From Octopus sinensis (lineage: Eukaryota): a stretch of 64,000 bases of DNA. Below the pieces are notes generated by a model. It made no database searches. It worked only from the letters and a program-made list of their open reading frames with translations, and was not told where the DNA came from. The position numbers and the translations under genes were made by a program. Shown in pieces: positions 61,514 to 64,000 of this stretch. Location of the stretch: positions 66,588,001-66,652,000 of the forward strand of contig NC_043001.1 of the NCBI RefSeq assembly GCF_006345805.1, read 5' to 3'. The number at the start of each line of letters is the position of its first letter. The first letter of the stretch is position 1.

Positions 61514-64000
61514 AAGGTTATATTCTGTTAAGAATGTAGTAGAGTACAGTATAAAGCTAATCCACCTTCAGATTTCACCCAGTGCTATCCAGTAGTAGTA
61601 TTATACCTACTACCAGATTTGCATTGGTGCTACTGTAGTGTGTAAATATATAGTTGAATAAGTTAGAGTCAACAAGGAGTACAGAGAAACATTTATTTGT
61701 ACTCACCACAAGTGTTTCCATGCGACATAGTTCTCTAAGTTCACAAGTATTTGGTGATGTAACCATTTTCCCTGCATTATGAGTTCTTGTTTCCTCAGGT
61801 GATATATAAATACCATCTCTGCATTCCGTAAACTCAGATATATACATATGCATGTATACATGTGTGTATGTATGTCAAGGAACTATTACGTTTGCCAGCA
61901 ACAAGAGTATTCCCTTTTTGAGCAAAGGGTAGAGTGTATGTTGCTTGTGTACAAAGTGCTGTGATACATGGTAGTGGGATGTGGGCACTGAATATAGAGG
62001 ATGTGTGGTGAAGGTTGGAGTGATATAAAACAAATATACACTGCTGTATGTGTAATGTTAGTGTGGAGGGATGAACTGAGAGATAAACTGTGTAAAAGGG
62101 GAAACAGTAGAAGCGGGGGGGAAAAATGAACATCGTGTTTGTATGGACATGTGATGTATATGGAGGATGAGAGAGGGATAAAATTAAATTTTAGGATATT
62201 CAAGGGAAAGGAAGCTGGAAGAGGAAACCAAGGAAGATATGAACATAATTGGTAAAAGTTGATTTTAGGATTTTGCGCCTGATACAAGAGATGATAAGAA
62301 CTTAAAGGATGGCAAAAATACTGTGGGGAAGGATCTATCAAACCCATGCAAGCATGGAAAAATGTACGTAATAATAACGATGAGGAATTTTTATTATTTT
62401 CTGTCAATGCTGGGTCACTAATTTCAATGGTATTTTAGTCTACCAGTCAGACATTGACCATAGTGTAAGTGTCTAGTTGCAGAGGATCCTGTCAGGAGAC
62501 ACAAGTTAGACAAGCACTCTGCATGCACACACACACACATTTGTGTGTGTGTGTGTGTGTGTGTGTATAGTGCGCCTATTTGACTTATGCTTCTCTTGGC
62601 AAGATACTCTACAATTGCAGTCAGCTACATCATGACCTGGTTAGTGAACTAGCAAAACAGTTAAAAAAACAGATGAAGACCACATTAAAGGGGAGCTACG
62701 GGAATGTTTCAAGACTTGTTTCACTTTTAAAAAAGGATTGAATAATATATATGAAGGAGAAACACCCTCACAACTACCAGAAGTGAGAAACAATGCACCT
62801 AGACTTGTTTTGCCTGAATTGGAAAAGCTGCACATCAGGGATTGGGGTGTATGGTGATCAAAGGATTCAAAATAAAGGAGATAATTATCATTGGATGTAA
62901 TGGACAACCATAAGCAAGCAAAGTGTAGCTTGTAGTGGAATGTTTGTGAGTGTGTGTGTGTGTGTGTGTGTAATATAGTGTCTATTGTTCCTTTTGATAT
63001 TTGCTGTTAGCTGCAGTAGGAGGAGGACAAACTCATTAGTCTGTGCATGGTGCATAGAAAATGTTGAACATTCTTTCTGGGCTGACAGTTTAATTCAGCA
63101 CTAAAAGGTCAACCAATGTACAAAGGCAGTGGCGTTCCACCTCTCCTCATTCTCCTTTTGCGTTGCATCTGCTTTCATGCAATTAGTAGAGTGGTGAACA
63201 AAATGCTGTGGTATTTATGTGTTTTTACATTCTGAGTTCAAATCTTACTGAAGCCAACTTTGTTTTTCATCCTTCAATGGTTGACAGAATGAGCACTTTT
63301 CCACTGCTGGGGTCAATAAAATCAACTCTACTTCCTACTACTGTAGGAAACACTGTATCAGGATATTACAGTATCCTCAGATCAAAGACCTGCTTTGAAT
63401 GTTTCTAACTGTATTACAGTTAACCTTTAACCTTGGCTACCTTTGACAGAGTGAACTCTGTTTAAGGTATCCAAAGATCTAGTGTTGAAGTCAGGTGATA
63501 ATCAATAAGTCTATCCTCCACCTGCTTCCCCCCCCCAAAAAAAAACAACAACAAAAAAGTTAAAGACATCTATATAGTTTCTGTCTGTCTGGTTTCACTT
63601 GGACTGCTTGTGTTTACTCAAGATGCTGCACTGTTGAATGGTAACCAGAACTATGTGATTACAAAATAGGTTTCTTAACTACACATTAATGCTTAAACTG
63701 TTGCAGCAATTCTTCTGCGATGTATTAGATGGTGTTTCCTGTTTAATTGCAAACTTACAATAGTTGTTACCAATGTTATTATGTTATGATTAAAGTAACT
63801 TCAGAAACACACTGAAGTAACTACTGTTATTCAAAACTTTAATTCCTACGGTAGTTATTGTTCATGTCCAAACATACCTCTATTGCTATACAGTTTTGTA
63901 TTCTACACATTTTGAATTATACACAAAAGAGCCTAATGTTTGGACATTGCAGACAATTAGCCACAGCTATCAAAAGGTTTCTCTGTGTGTGTGTGTTACT

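Noticed and set aside
63113-63127. Minus-strand AFVHW, as in the alpha-tubulin C-terminus
   Set aside because: Flanking residues do not match tubulin and a stop follows three codons later.

Overview
Eukaryotic, AT-rich, microsatellite-dense intronic or intergenic DNA with one 100-N gap (863-962). The mix of repeat families suggests a coleoid cephalopod, probably Octopus (inference: tRNA-head SINEs, RTE LINEs ending in (GAT)n, abundant (TA)n/(CA)n/(CAT)n). Almost everything recognisable is transposon-derived. Non-LTR content is three long RTE LINE copies (9036-11326 +, 26930-30104 +, 43021-45571 -) plus about seven 3'-only fragments, two CR1-group LINEs, an RT-less L1/Tx1 remnant and many SINEs. 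DNA-transposon content is a complete-ended 6-kb hAT with a perfect 8-bp TSD, a Merlin remnant, a Tc1/mariner remnant, a non-autonomous Helitron and several MITEs. Several Penelope-type hammerhead-ribozyme-like motifs are also present. No host gene could be identified with confidence; only a few short exon candidates are flagged. I did not find a clear-cut new multi-gene system. The most interesting observations are: a C4HC3 PHD finger inserted within the RTE reverse-transcriptase ORF; apparent (TA)n targeting and a shared 5' breakpoint in that RTE family; an inverted RTE pair in which one copy's only visible ORF lesion is a TGG>TAG of the kind ADAR could recode; dispersed hammerhead-like motifs; and a ~245-bp foldback. 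All identities were estimated by eye, and no searches or folding were run.
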